Source of the DNA: Octopus sinensis
Taxonomy: Eukaryota
Reading direction: 5' to 3'
DNA: 64,000 nt
NCBI RefSeq assembly: GCF_006345805.1
Contig: NC_043001.1
Location: 66,278,001-66,342,000, forward strand
Below, piece by piece: positions 1 to 13,344 of this stretch. Each line of letters begins with the position of its first letter. Position 1 is the first letter of the stretch. The position numbers and the translations under genes are program-made. The notes beneath the pieces are model-generated. The model ran no database searches. It saw only the letters and a program-made list of their open reading frames with translations, and was not told the DNA's origin.

Positions 1-794
1 CCATTGGGCTGGCGGATTTCCAAGATATAGCCTCACCAGATCATCACAAAGCCACCTCCATGTTTTACAGTTGGAAGAAGCCAGTCTGGGTCAAATGCTT
101 CTTTTGGCTGTCTCCACACGTATACTCGGCCGGTAATCGGAATTAAGGTAACAGATGACTCGTCCGAGAAAATAGCATTCTTCCACTGCTCTAGGGACCA
201 ATTCTGTATGGGACCAACTCTAAATGCTTTGTAACGTTTGTTTTTGAAAGTAGTGGTTTTGGTTTTCTGATTGCAGTCGTCCCGTGAAATACGGCTTTGT
301 GCAGCTCCCGGCGGACAATTTTTGTGAAAACTAGGTTCTCGAGGTAGTCATTAAGATCTGCAATAATTTGGGGAGTTGTACTTTTTTGACCCTTTCTAAC
401 AATTCGCGTAAGAGTCTGACAGTCCTTATCTGAAAGTTTTGGTTTTCTTCCGGAGTTTTGTTTCGACGAGGAGGTTTTTCCCTCTTTCTCAAAGGCTGTC
501 ATTGCTTTCGAGACATTACTTCTTGGTACACCAAACATTTCGGATGTTTTCGTTACTCTAGCGCCTGCCATACAAGCACCAACAATCTGACCTCTTTGAA
601 AGTCCGATAGATCTGTCATTTTAATGAATTTTAATTACCTTTTTCTGATGATATCTGAATAGAAACAGCAATTTTAGCAAAACATATTAAGCAACAAATC
701 AAAGCACATAAAAATAAACAAGCTTTCGACGGTTTTATAAATATTTCAAAATTATGATGCTAGGTGTTTCCATTATTTTCTTCAACCCTTGTGT
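1..794 (-). mobile_element. Tc1-like DNA transposon, 5' part with frameshifted transposase; runs off the window start
   Basis: ORF 191-619 is a Tc1-type HTH (MTDLSDFQRGQIVG...SGRKPKLS). A shifted frame continues WKNAIFSDES (first catalytic D) and TVKHGGG. TIR-like AAGGGTTGAAGAAAATAATGGAAACACC on the minus strand at ~762-794 next to TA. Confidence 0.85.
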
Positions 795-1611
795 ATATAT
801 TAAAACTAACAATGACGTCCATCTCTTTAATGTCACCCATGCGTGAGAAGCAAGTATATTCAATTTTCTCCTTTTAATCAAAGTTCAGGTGGTAACTACA
901 GAGGATAATTTAAGGAAACGTAATGGATTACAGAATAATTTTAATTCCAGCTGTACCTTTAATAAATAGAATATTGATCAAGACGTCTGAAAAAAATATT
1001 CGGAAGATGTTCATATGTTGTATCCGTAATTCTTCTGTTAGTTCTGACCAATGAACTGCGATCATGATGGAATACCGACAACTGAAGTAGAACTATAAAT
1101 ACTTCCTTCTGTTATCAATTCCATTCCTGCTTTAGAACTTGGACTGGTCGAGGAAAGGGACGTCTACAATAAAGAGTTAAAATTATACGCTTCTAAGGAC
1201 AGAAAATCTCAGAATGTCAAACTTTGATTTGAATATATTAAACTACCTGAAAATTACTAGTATCAACCAGAGCTAATTACTTGGGGCATGCTACCATTGT
1301 GACAAAAAAATTGTTGAAAGAAAACTAAATAGAACAGTCACAAACGGACTGCTATCCTTCAATGACATATGGTGCCCCAACATACACAGCATGCATACAC
1401 AAATGTCCCAAGAATTTAACCAAACATAACAGAAAGAAAACTTGCGAACACAGACGTATATTTCCCTCACTTTCACCCCATAAACGCTATACATATAATA
1501 TCTCTACACAGTCCATTTCTACAAGAATACCAACCTTAATGATACACACATTTCCCAAATATTCTTTTCCAAAACATTCTTGCCGACTTGCAACAACCAC
1601 CACTATGGCTC

Positions 1612-1760
1612 ATTTAATGACGCATATATGATGACTCTCCTATAATGACACGATGACTTCCTCTGATAATACATATATGATGACACTCCTTTAATGACAC
1701 GTATGATGACTCTCCAATAATGACATATAGTTGATGACTCTTCAAGTACTCTTTTAATGA
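1612..1760. repeat. Degenerate ~25-bp minisatellite (ATGATGACTCTCCTATAATGACAC-like)
   Basis: About 5 imperfect recurrences of atgactctcc...taatgacac. Confidence 0.6.
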
Positions 1761-1825
1761 GTATTGCTCATATATATTTGAAACAACTATGTCACATATA
1801 TGATATATATACACATACATCATAC

Positions 1826-1935
<110 letters not shown>

Positions 1936-2676
1936 CACTTTGATCACTTGACTGACCAGTCCGTCAGGCGTCCCATTTGACACCGCTGGTCACAGCACGC
2001 TGTCCACTCCTCTCTGGATCGCGCCTTTCTCATCCACGTGATCCCAATCGTCCTCTTGAAATCGTCACTCCACCGTCGTGGAGGTCTTCCGGGTGGTCTT
2101 TTTCGCTCACGCGGGTACCACTCGATAACTGCGTGCGTCCACCGATTATCGGTGAGCCGGGCGACGTGTCCAGCCCATCTATACTTGCTGCGAGTATACT
2201 CAGCGATGACATCTCTCACGCCGGACTTCTTTCTGATGATCTTGCTATTTATGTGCTCTCTCAACGAGATACCAAGCATTGACCTTTCCATGGCTCTTTG
2301 AGCCGTTATCAGTCTTTGCTCTTCTCTCTTTGTGGTAACCCATGTTTCACTACCATATAACATTGCAGGCAGAACTGCACTGTTAATGAGGTTGGCGCAG
2401 GTGGTCCTGTCCAACCTTCCTTTGAGCACATCCCTTATGCCATTGAACGCCTTCCATCCGGCCCTTACTCTCCATGAGATCTCCTTTTTGATATCCCGGC
2501 ACATATTTACTTCCTGTCCCAGATAGACATATTCTCTCACCTCCTCTATTTCATCACTGCCGATCACCATTCGACCTGTTGGTACGTTGTCTGACCGCAT
2601 GAACTTTGTTTTCATGCGTTCATCTTGAGACCTACTGCAGAACTTTTGATGTCGAGCTCCGTCAGAGACGAAGCTC

Positions 2677-2679
<3 letters not shown>
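1936..2679 (-). mobile_element. 5'-truncated RTE-clade LINE (end of RT and C-terminal region)
   Basis: GLKMNA/KTKFM...EVREYVYLGQ, LPAMLYGSETW, KYRWAGHVAR, RPPGRPPRRWSD. One frameshift near 2612. Short tandem tail TCAAGTGA-TCAAAGTGA. Confidence 0.9.
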
Positions 2680-2743
<64 letters not shown>

Positions 2744-2866
2744 TACATACATATATACATACATGCATGCATGCATACATACATACATACATACATACAT
2801 ACATACATACATACATACATCGTGTGTGTATGTATGAATGTATGTTTGTGTGTATGTATGTATGTA

Positions 2867-2906
<40 letters not shown>

Positions 2907-2930
2907 GTGTGTGTGTGTGTGTGTGTGTAT
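2680..2930. repeat. Compound (AT)n-(CATA)n-(TG)n microsatellite
   Basis: Seen directly. Confidence 0.97.
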
Positions 2931-3829
2931 AAAACAATTACAATGAATATGGTGATAAGTAAATCTGGATACTTTGTACTCAAAAACTATAAAAACCAAC
3001 CGAATATGATGCTACATAAACCTACATACATTCTATTCTGTTTGCTTCAGACCACATTAGTGGAAGGGCCTTGAAAAATGTTGCATAGTCTAATATCCAG
3101 TCGAAAGTATGAAGCAGAGACGTGCGTCGGACGCATTTAAATCAAATAAGCTGTATAATTGATTGTTAAAATAAAAAGAAAAAAGAAAACTTTGTAATTG
3201 TCTTGGATATACACTCGATAAAATATTTATAATCTAGCAAGGCAAACCCAGGATTTATCCATCGGATGTAATACAGAGAGGTTGTTTACCTTAAATAATC
3301 CTAGGTGGTCTTTACAACTCGATGGTGCTAGCCTTAACTTGGATTATAACAGTGCTCTACGATAACCGTCTGGGTTATCCCTACCTATCCCTACATATTC
3401 TTTATCCATACCTCTTTATCCTTACCTATTCATTTTATATATATGTGTGTTTGTGTGTGTGTGTATCCAAACTATGTTGCATATATGACATATGTTACAC
3501 CTATATCACATATATGACACTGGCAAAACTACACTAATGATATCACCCTTTCTTTTACTCCTAACCTTTCACATCCAAGTATCCTCCACTTGCAACATAC
3601 ACACTTCACACCAAATTACTAACTTCTCAAACAGAGGCCTTGAAAACTTTCTCCGGGGGATGCCATGCTATTCTTGTCTCCTTCAACAGAAAAAAATTAC
3701 ATCACTAGACATGTAAATGTTATTGCAACTCATCCCTGCCCTAAACATGAACAACCCGCATTTAGCTTGATAAATAGATTGTTCTTATGCTCATGGTTGA
3801 AGGCCTGTATCCTCTCAAACGAGGAACCC

Positions 3830-4345
3830 GAACCTTAGACACAACCACCGCCCCTCAACACACACGTAGCAGTTTCATGCTGAAGTTGTACACCCCCAGT
3901 TGTCCAATTCTTAATGTCATTGCCCTTTCTTCATCATTGCATCGCAAGCAAATATTCAGTCCACTTAACCCCTGAAGTTGTGGGTACAGAGATTCTGGGC
4001 CTTGATAATGTTCTCAAGTACTGAAGCTTTCATCGTCTAACTATCGTCACCGGCTTCTGTTTTTCTCTAATCTTATCCATGACTGAATCGTTCGTTCAAC
4101 AGGCCATCCAAGTGATCTCCAGTGTTCGCCAGTAGCACATCATCTCGAGCGTCTTCGCTGCCTTGGAGTCCATGTTTCACACTCAGATAGCATTATTAGT
4201 TAGACTAAGATTCTGGGTAGTTACAGTTTAATGATTTTGCTGAGGGATCACTCTTCACATGGAACTGAATGACCTCACGGCTGATTTTCCTATAACAAGC
4301 CTTGATCTGATCTTCTGACAGCAGTCCGCTGTTTGATCAACAATG
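3830..4345 (-). mobile_element. Decayed RTE LINE 3' fragment
   Basis: Manual minus-strand translation gives ECETWT..LEMMCYWRTLEITW..TNDSV..IVRR*KLQY, with stops and frameshifts. Confidence 0.6.
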
Positions 4346-4409
4346 GAGCACAGATACTTGAATTTGTTGACTTAGGCTAGCGTGGTCCTTTGGTTTTATA
4401 TACACGCAC

Positions 4410-4497
4410 ATATACATACATACATACATACATACATACATACATACATACATACATACATACATACATACATACATACATACATACATACATACAT
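4410..4497. repeat. (CATA)n microsatellite
   Basis: Seen directly. Confidence 0.97.
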
Positions 4498-4539
4498 GAT
4501 ATCTCAGTTTCGATGACGTCTTGTAATTCTTCCTCATTT

Positions 4540-4745
4540 TTGCACAAAGCCAGCAATTTTGAAGGGGATGAAACAAGTCGATTACATTAACTCCAGTATT
4601 TGACTGGTATTTTATTTTATCGACTCTGAAAGGATAAAAGGCAGAATTGACCTCGGTGAAATTTGAACTCAGAACGTAAACAACCAAAATAAATCTCTCT
4701 AAGTATTTTATCCGATGCTCTGAGGATTATCTGGGCTCACTACCT
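4540..4745 (-). mobile_element. tRNA-headed SINE, family A
   Basis: Reverse complement aligns by eye to the copy at 10995-11190 (ctttacgttctgagttcaaat...gaggtc...gataaaataa..taccagt...ttgctggc.ttgtgc). Confidence 0.75.
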
Positions 4746-5429
4746 TAGTGATGTCATATAATGAGTTTTAAAATGCTATGTAAAACCCAAATTATTCAAA
4801 TTCTTTCAATGGCAAAAGTAAATCCAACAAAATCAGTTCTTATCTCCAGTTTCTTGATCTTAAACAAACGAAAATGTCTTCTGTTACATGACTCCGATCT
4901 ATCAAAGGTAAAAATGTTTTATGTACTCACAATATCTGAGTGAACTGGAGTGTGTCCGGGTGAATTTGAATCAAAGGCTTATAATTTCGTAACGCCAAAA
5001 TTTGTTTGTTATTTTTTTCTTTCATAGATTTATTTCTCAATCGATATTCGAAACTGATTCGCCGAGATATAAATACTGATCCCACCACCACCACTACCAC
5101 ACTTGCCCATTACTGAGATTGTGTGTAGTAGATTAGGGAAACATTAAAAGTGAAGAGTGAAGGATTAAAAGCGAGAATTAATATTGAACTAAGGAGATGA
5201 ACTTGAACAAAATTAGCTTTTAAAATGGCCATTTATATAATCAGTCATTTGCTCAATCCATGTCCAATACCTTCAGGTCAATGAAACAAACTCACAGCAC
5301 ACAAATGAACAGCTGAATGCCCTCACAGATCTATTGTTCTAGATGGACTTTTCATCTGTCTAGTTAAAGAACACACCTCACACTATAACATGCATACATT
5401 TGAGAGGGGAGAAAACTTTGCAGCCTGAC

Positions 5430-5625
5430 ACATGTATTGTACACATCCTTTATACCATGTATTATACACACTTCTAATACCATGTACTGTGCACACACCT
5501 AATTACATGTATTATACACATCCCCAATACCGTATATTAGACACATACCCGATACCATATACTATACACGCTTTTAATACCATATATTATATACACACCT
5601 AATATCATGATTTATATACATGATG
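5430..5625. repeat. Degenerate ~25-bp minisatellite (CCATGTATTATACACACCTCTAATA-like), about 8 units
   Basis: Repeated catgtattatacaca...aatac motif. Confidence 0.7.
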
Positions 5626-7344
5626 TTTTACAGTAGTTTTATTTTCAGATATTCTCTGATATCTTGGCAAGTGGCTGACTGTAGTGATGACGTACAACAA
5701 TGATGCTTAATGCATATAACTCCATGTTATCAATGTTGTTTATTGCACACAACTTTATAAAGCCAGCTATTTTATATTAATATAACAGTCCGTTTATTTG
5801 TTAGCATCATTTCTAGGTATGTTGCTCTTGTTAGGAAAAAATATCGGTAAGGATAACATATCGGTCCATATTTTCATCTAACCAAAAGCTTCTTTGAATC
5901 TCTTCATTTTGATATTTTTAAACAATTATAAAGCAAAATTTAAATAAATACTAATGAACTTTATCTCCCGTGTTGTGTGAGAGGTGTGTGTGCACGCGCG
6001 CTTTTGAGTGGAAGACTATGTTTGTAAGCAAGCATGTGTTTATGTATGATTTCTTAAAATCACATATGGGAATAAGGCATATTTTTTACCGTTGGGAGGA
6101 CAAAAGTCAAAGTAGGTCACACAGACGACGATCTGATAAAATTGTAGTAAAAATGCAACCCATTCCGTTGTTAATTGCTGGATTCTATATTTATCATTAG
6201 TGTGGGTATTTATTTTTACACTACAAAGATATAATTTATAATTGCTTCCAGATGGAATATATTTCTCTATCGCCAAAAAATCTTTCATTCTAACTTACAC
6301 TTAGGCTCACACAACTATTTAATATTAGGTTAGATATATAGATACATAAATATTTGTCTGAAAGCGGAAGAGAGAAAGGGTGTCTAAATATGCTTGCATG
6401 TATTTGTGGCGTAGAAGATACAAAATCTGAAGAGTGGCTCAATGTGGAGAGCATTCGGATAAGAATCGGATTGTTTCTGTACAATAAAGCAAGAGCAACA
6501 TGATAACAGTTCCCTCTGATAAAACACATAAATTATACTCTTACAAACACAGAGATCGTCTCTGATGAGGTACACAATATTTCAAAGGTATTTTTCAAGG
6601 AGACAGCTTTTCTATAAAGTGTTTTTTTTTTCTACTGGTAATGACGCAGTATTTGCAAAAGAGGATGGGTTATCTGAAAGGAATTACTGTTGGTTTTAAC
6701 CTTTGTCCTGTCCTGAATAAGTCAGCCTTTGATCAAAGTTGTTCCATCTATGACCATCCCGTCAGTTTGTTCATCAAGAACTACAATGACTAACGTTTTC
6801 TTTTTTTTTTTCTTGTAACGTTAGGGTATATTTGAGTGAATTTATCTGCTGTTTCAACCAGGTTGAACGACTAGCTGTGGGCACTCCCGTGGAAAGAACA
6901 TGTTGATATATAATACTTTGCAGTCGTTGATGACCAGACGTTATAGAGTGGCAGCATCAGAAATACAGCCTTGGTCTGGTTATCTCATTCCTAGATTACT
7001 TTGCATATCTCCGAGCTTCCCAGGATGGTTAAGCTGACGTGGAGTTCCATTTAACGCGGTTCTTGATAAGGAAGTAGGGTAATTAATTGGTTTGTGCAGG
7101 ATTTGTAGAGTGAGAAATAGCAACATAACGAATAGGAAGTAGCAACATAACGAATTAGATGAGCAAATGGTGATGATACATTCAGTCTAGTTCAGAGGAA
7201 TAGAAGCCATTACAGTAGCAGTGAAAGAAACAGAGATAGTGTTTGGGGTTGTGAATCTAGTGTGTGTGAATCAGCAGTTCTTCGATTTTCAGCAAGATTA
7301 GTTTATTTTAAAACAACTTACAATGTGTGTAATTGTGAGTATGC

Positions 7345-7357
7345 ATGAGCGTGTGTG

Positions 7358-7416
<59 letters not shown>

Positions 7417-7418
7417 CT
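7345..7418. repeat. (GT)n microsatellite
   Basis: Seen directly. Confidence 0.97.
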
Positions 7419-7449
7419 ATTTGTATGTGTGCGTGTGTACACTCGTATA

Positions 7450-7900
7450 AATGAGAGCACTGATCCCAATATTTGATCTGTACTTTAATATGTATTGTAC
7501 TTGTGCTTTGTAGAAGATCAGCAACTGAACAGAACTGAAGACTTTTCTGGCTCTGAAAGCATCACTTCGTTTTGGAGGCGCAGTTTTGTTTAAGATGAAT
7601 CATTATGAAAGGTAATCAGAGATGTTGGCATTTGTAATTATGAAGGGAGCTTAATTATAATGTTTAATAGTAATGTTTGATTTATATGTTATAATCAGGA
7701 GTAAAGAGAATGTATTGTTGAGAGAGTGTTTCTTTGCTACGTAGTAATGTTTGTTGGCTTGTGTTGAAATAAACTATGTTGGCGATAGATAATGTTTTTA
7801 GGAAATGGGGCAAGTGTGGTGAGAAATGTCTAGGCTATGTAGGGATATTTGTGTGTTGAACGTTAAAGAACGGGAAATAATATCATTTTGAAAGGGGTGC
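7450..7900 (-). mobile_element. Highly decayed CR1/L2-like LINE relic
   Basis: Minus-strand FRARKVFSSVQLLIFYKAQVQYILKY resembles the CR1/L2 post-RT motif LYKAQIRP.LEY. The rest is unalignable by eye. Confidence 0.35.
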
Positions 7901-8109
7901 GTGTTGATGTAAGTCATTAATGTTGAAGAAAGTGGAAGTGGAGTCGACTGAGAATATCAGCCCTCCTTTCCCGTCACCATATGCCATCGTGAAACGATCG
8001 AGTGGCTTATACTATGTAGAGAAATAAATATGGCAGCTTCTTCAACAATAAAACCAACTAACTCTTGCCATATCTCAGTCAAATCTTTCTTGATATTACA
8101 TCTCCAAAG

Positions 8110-8330
8110 GCAGTAGATTAGTGGAACTGCTGAAGTGTCGACAAAATACCTTGAAGCATATATTTATGGCTCTTTACATTCTTAGTTCAAATCCCACGCA
8201 GGACAACTTTACCTTACATCTTTCCGAAGTGGATAAAATAAAGTACCAGTCTAATGCTGGGATTAATTTAACCGATTAATCCCTTCTCTATAAAATTATG
8301 GGTTTTGTTCCTAAATTAGAAATTGCTATT
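8110..8330 (+). mobile_element. SINE family A, diverged copy
   Basis: ctttacattcttagttcaaatccc...gataaaataaagtaccagt matches the family body. Confidence 0.65.
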
Positions 8331-9949
8331 ACATCACCGATTTCCGAAATACAAAGATGACTATCTAGATTATCTACCCTCTTGTGAGCTGCTCACATTT
8401 CCGACGGAAAAAGTATTGAGAAAGCTATACATCTAGAGAGAGAAACATGGTACTCATTTTATCATACTCATAAAGATTCGAACTGAGATCCTTTTGTGTA
8501 GCGCTATACTCAATGTACTCTCTACAGCACCTCACAGAATAGGTTAAACTATTTCGTCACGGTTCAAAAGCAAAGCTAACGTGATAATTGTCATGATGAT
8601 TGTCGTTGTGATGAGAGATTAAATGAGCATGCAATTCTACTTTATGTATTTCTACTGAATTTTCCATAGCTATTAGTTTTCGAGTTAATGTTTGACTCTA
8701 AAAATGATTCAGGACTTATTGCCTGTACAGAAGCGAGTTCAATAGATAAGGCATATTGGATCCTTACATATATAGCTCAATTTTTAAAACACAGAGAGAT
8801 AATTTCGGGTTATCAACATAAGGTTAAGCAAACAAAATCGTTTTTAAATAGGGGAGTGAGTCATCAGCATGGTTTGTTGTGTATCATTCTGTAGAGTGGT
8901 GATTATATTGTGGTGAATAATCAGGTAAGAAGCTGTGTCCGTAGACAAGAATGACCGCTCAAAATAATATTTCCATACATTTATTAAACAGTTTATTTAA
9001 CAGTTTATTAAACAGTTTATACTTGTTCAACTATATTACATTGATGAACATTTCTGTAAAGCTGTAATGCTTAAAGATTTACAATGTAGGAGATAAAGAA
9101 AATAACGGATGTATGTATGTATGACGACATTGAAACACAAGGATAATTTGCCTTTGTCAAACATGCATTTTCAGTGTATGTCATATCAGGACAAATAGGA
9201 AATGAAAGCACGTTTCGAGGAACAAAGAGACAAGGGTCTGCATGGAACCTGAGTTGGTTCTAGTGTGGGTTTCACGGTGCCAACATTTTATAAACCTGGA
9301 CAAGACTTCTGAAAACTTTCGAAATATAATTTAGCGGGAAGCTTTCATAACTTTTCTTTAATATTTACCGCCGTTGACTGATACATGTCAGCCGTCGCTG
9401 ATTGGCTGGTAAACATTTACGTAGGCGTTCTGTTCTTTCAAGAAGCCGGTCATGCTTTTTATGGTGATATAACTAGGCTGTGGTTCTAAACAGGAAACTT
9501 GAACGAGGTGGTTCAAATGTGGCCAAAACCTGATTACGGTTCCTTTTAGAATCCAACTTTCACCAAATAATGAGAAATTTCTCGTATGAGAAAAATGAAA
9601 CAAAAAATAAACAGATTTGACGAAATCCAGTGCTTCCTTCGATCTCTATAGGCATATATTTCCAACTGAATATAATTCTTTTATTTTAATGTCCAGTATT
9701 AGTAACTATATTAACTGTTAAGGGCTAATTTTAGTGACTGTTACTTAAAATAATAAAAACTGAGTCCCGAACCGCTATTTGTTACTTTTACCAAATGCCA
9801 ATAACTGTCATCATTTAAAAAAAAAACATTTACTTTGTGGGGTTTGAATATTACTATTATTGTTGTTGTTGTTGTTGCTACTGCTGCTGCTGTTGTTGTT
9901 GTGTTTTCAAGAAAAGGTTGCTGTCACAAAATAATTAAACTTAACTTGC

Positions 9950-10880
9950 AAATCTAGCATTAGCGAGGTCGCCGATGCAACCAACCAAACAGATGACATT
10001 ATTTTAACGTTGGAAAAATTTAAAATTGTGAAAAGTATTTTCACAAAATTTGGATGAAATGTTGCATTCAACATCACGGAATCCATCCAGCAAGAAACAA
10101 ACTTCAGAACTGTGGCGTATAAAACCTTAGCAGCAAAAAGTAAGAAAATAGAGCAGGTGACATAACAGCAAATTGAAATGCATTCAGACGAATTCTGGAG
10201 CACCAAACCACAAGTCGCCAGGGTAAAAAAAAAGGTACGGCACAGTAGAGGGGAAAATCTCTACAGAGAATGAAGCCACAGTAAATTGATAAGGAGTGAG
10301 GAAATGATCCCCATACCAATCTACCCTGGCCGTACTGTAGTTAAAATAAAGATAATCTGCATGCCCCCAGAAATAAACATCTACTAGCTGGTGATGGCTG
10401 TACTCTTTACTATAGACGACAAAACTAATACTCTGCAAAGCCAAAGGCAGCAGATACAAAATTGATCGGGCCAAGGGTTTGAGCTATGGATCCAAACGGA
10501 TCGCCAAAGACCCGGATGGAAGGAACATCTGTCCTTCCATATCTGTTTCTTCTCACTCTCCTCTCTCTTTTCAAATGTAATCGTACTCAGAGTAGGTAGT
10601 GTGACTGTATATAGCATGTGGATTACCCTTGAAGAAGGAAAAGCCTGGACCTCAAGATACGATCTATTTTCCTGAACACGGACGGTGGTCTTTGACATGC
10701 TTAGTAGCGAAGGTGGTGCCTTTAGATTAGTCGCTATGTATGCTTCGACTGGGGCAAAGCAGCCGAATTTCTGCAGGCATTTGGAGATTTTCCTAACAAC
10801 GTCCAGCTCTTTAGTGCTAGAGAGCGATTGGAAAGCCATTCTGGATACACATCTTGGTTTGTGTGGGACTAGCTGATAGG
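9950..10880 (+). mobile_element. Decayed Tx1/L1-like LINE: ORF1 remnant and start of the ORF2 endonuclease
   Basis: GGAFRLVAMYAST...LVLESDWKAILD resembles the APE endonuclease motifs (RLVAVYAP...GDWNAILD). The upstream VKIKIICMPPEINI is plausibly ORF1. Confidence 0.55.
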
Positions 10881-10889
10881 AGAAGAGGT

Positions 10890-11190
10890 GTACCAGTTGA
10901 TCACTGAAATTGATATAATCGGCTTATCCTCTTCCCAAAATTGCTGGCCTTGTGCCAAAATTTGAAACCATTATTATCATAATTGCGGTTGAATAAGGCA
11001 GCAAGCTGGCAGAATCGTTAGCACGCCGGACAAAATGCTTAGCGGCATTTCGTTAGTCTTTACGTTGAGTTCAAATTCCGCCGAGGTCGATTTTGTCTTT
11101 CACCTTTCAGGTTCGATAAATTAAGTACCTGTTGAGCCATGAGGTCAATATTTCAGGCCTTGTGCCTACGGCAAAAAGGATTATTATTAC
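10890..11190 (+). mobile_element. SINE family A: a 3' half followed by a near full-length copy
   Basis: A-box-like gctggcagaatcgttagc, B-box-like gagttcaaattcc, (ATT)n tails. Confidence 0.8.
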
Positions 11191-11244
11191 AGTTTTTTTA
11201 AAAACATTACTATTTCTGTTTTCTTCGTCATGATATTGAAAAGG

Positions 11245-11380
11245 GTTTCAAATTTTGGCCCAAGGCGACAATTTCGAAGAAGGTACGTCAGCCAGCCCAG
11301 TACTCAACTGTTACTTAATTTATCGACCCTAAAAGGATGAAAGTTAAAGTCAACCTCAACATAATTTGAACTCAAACCAT
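11245..11380 (-). mobile_element. SINE family A fragment
   Basis: Reverse complement of the family body (atttgaactc, ttatcgaccc, aaaggatgaaag). Confidence 0.65.
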
Positions 11381-12062
11381 GATATCAATAATAACAATAA
11401 TACAATTTTTTTCACCTCAAAGCCACACTAGCCTTGCCATATTAATTTATAATGTATTACTCCCAGTCGGTGCTCAGATACTCCAATACTCAGAAGTCAG
11501 CAAAATTAGATTGTTTAAGGTTTGTTGTTATGAATTCTCGTGAGATTTAGTTTAACAAAGGATAAAACACATAAAATTTCTTCTGACGCCTGATACTAAC
11601 GATATCAGTTTGTTAGAAATAAAACATTATAAACTAGAGAATGCAGGTATGTTAACAGGAGAGGGTATATCCTAAGAGAATACTGAATTACATTCTGTAG
11701 CCATTAAGGCATACTAAGTATTATTACTGTTTGGTTGGCATTTACAATTGGCAAATAGCCAGCTCTTGGCTAGAATTATGCATTTAACTAACATCAGAAG
11801 AGCTTCTATTTCAACCCGTTCCACCTTCTTCACACGAAATGAACAACAGAGGTTATACGATGAATAAATCTACCGATAGACTTTTTTATTTGTTGTTTAT
11901 TATTATTATTTTTGTTGAAACCTTTTTTTCACATAGTCTCCTCATTAATTCCTTTATATCACTTTTGCTTTTTTTTCTCAGCTGGAAATTGTTAGGAATT
12001 AATTCTTTTCACCCTGTCACTCTTGGGAGTAAGGATAAAATACTTTCACAATCTCTCTCTCA

Positions 12063-12064
<2 letters not shown>

Positions 12065-12127
<63 letters not shown>
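12065..12127. repeat. (CT)n microsatellite
   Basis: Seen directly. Confidence 0.97.
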
Positions 12128-12129
<2 letters not shown>

Positions 12130-12519
12130 ACATAGTATCTCTCCTACTCTAGCCCTCCTCCTCATTCTCCATCATTCAGTCTCTTTTATTATCTTTCTAT
12201 CTCACTCACCTCATAAATGTGTGACGCTGCAGAAAAACAATATCTGTTCTTTTTAAAGAATAGATTATTTAAAAAGTAGCATTGCTTGGATATAGAAAGA
12301 ATTTCTTAGTATTATTGATGTTATTCTGCATTTTCTCCTCCAGCCAAGGAGAATAGGTTAGGATAAGCGTAGAATTAATTTACTTAGGCGTGGTCCATTA
12401 TATTTTTTAAAATTCTACTATAATCTACTTAAATTTGCTTATGTAAGGATTTCAAAGTGAAGCTGCTGAGTTTAAATGTAGGAATGAATGTTTGTGCGTG
12501 TGTGTGAGTGTGTGTGTGA

Positions 12520-12553
<34 letters not shown>

Positions 12554-12594
12554 GTGGGAAGGTGTATGTGAGTGTGTGTGCATTATGTGTGTAT

Positions 12595-12993
12595 GTATAC
12601 TCTTTTACTCTTTTACTCTTTTACTTGTTTCAGTCATTTGACTGCGGCCATGCTGGAGCACGGCCTTTAATCGAGCAACTCGACCCTGGGACTTATTCTT
12701 TTGTAAGCCCAGTACTTATTCTATCGGTTTCTTTTGCCGAACCGCTGAGTAACGGGGACATAAACACACCAGCATCGGTTGTCAAGCAATGCTATGGGGA
12801 AAAACACACACACGCATATATATATAGATGCATATATACGACGGGCTTCTTTCAGTTTCCATCAACCAAATCCACTCACAAGGCTTTGGTCGGCCCGCGG
12901 CTATAATAGAAGACACTTGCCCAAGGTGCCACGCAGTGGGACTGAACTCGGAACCATGTGGCTGGTAAACAAGCTACTTACCACACAGCCACT
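12595..12993 (-). mobile_element. tRNA-headed SINE, family B, near full length
   Basis: Minus-strand head agtggctgtgtggtaag...ggttccgagttcagtccc (A/B boxes), internal microsatellite, (AAAAGAGT)n-like tail. Confidence 0.8.
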
Positions 12994-13029
12994 CAATTTT
13001 TCTTTGAGTTTAATTTAAGTTATTCTTCA

Positions 13030-13335
13030 AAGAGTTCAAGCCGGTCGCTAACAAAGCAACTAAACTTTTTGAGTTAAGAGAGTTCTTGATGTTAGTAGAT
13101 ATGTAGTTGAGTTGGTGTATTGGTTGAACTGTGTACATCTATTCACATAAGAATCTCGGATGGAGAATTTGGGGATGTCTTACAAATCTTCACTGTGTCA
13201 CTAAGAGATTAGATTTGGAGAATCCGCGTCAATTTCATTTGTTTTTTATCCAAGAAACCGAGTATTTATAGGTTTTAGTGCAAATTTGTTGGTACATAAC
13301 CTAATGCACCAATAATAATAGGTACAAATGAGAAT
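13030..13335 (-). mobile_element. R4/Dong-like retrotransposon 3' fragment
   Basis: Minus-strand FVPIIIGALGYVP...NEID..RILQI*SLSDTVKICKT matches the C-terminus of ORF 14305-14838. Confidence 0.6.
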
Positions 13336-13344
13336 TCAATCATA

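Noticed and set aside
6558-6604. GTCT-CTGATGA...AGAC as another hammerhead
   Set aside because: No convincing stem II, no GAAA, and no UH directly before the putative stem I.
9907-10839. Hydrophobic minus-strand ORFs as a membrane-protein gene
   Set aside because: They are antisense to a decayed Tx1-like element recognisable on the plus strand.
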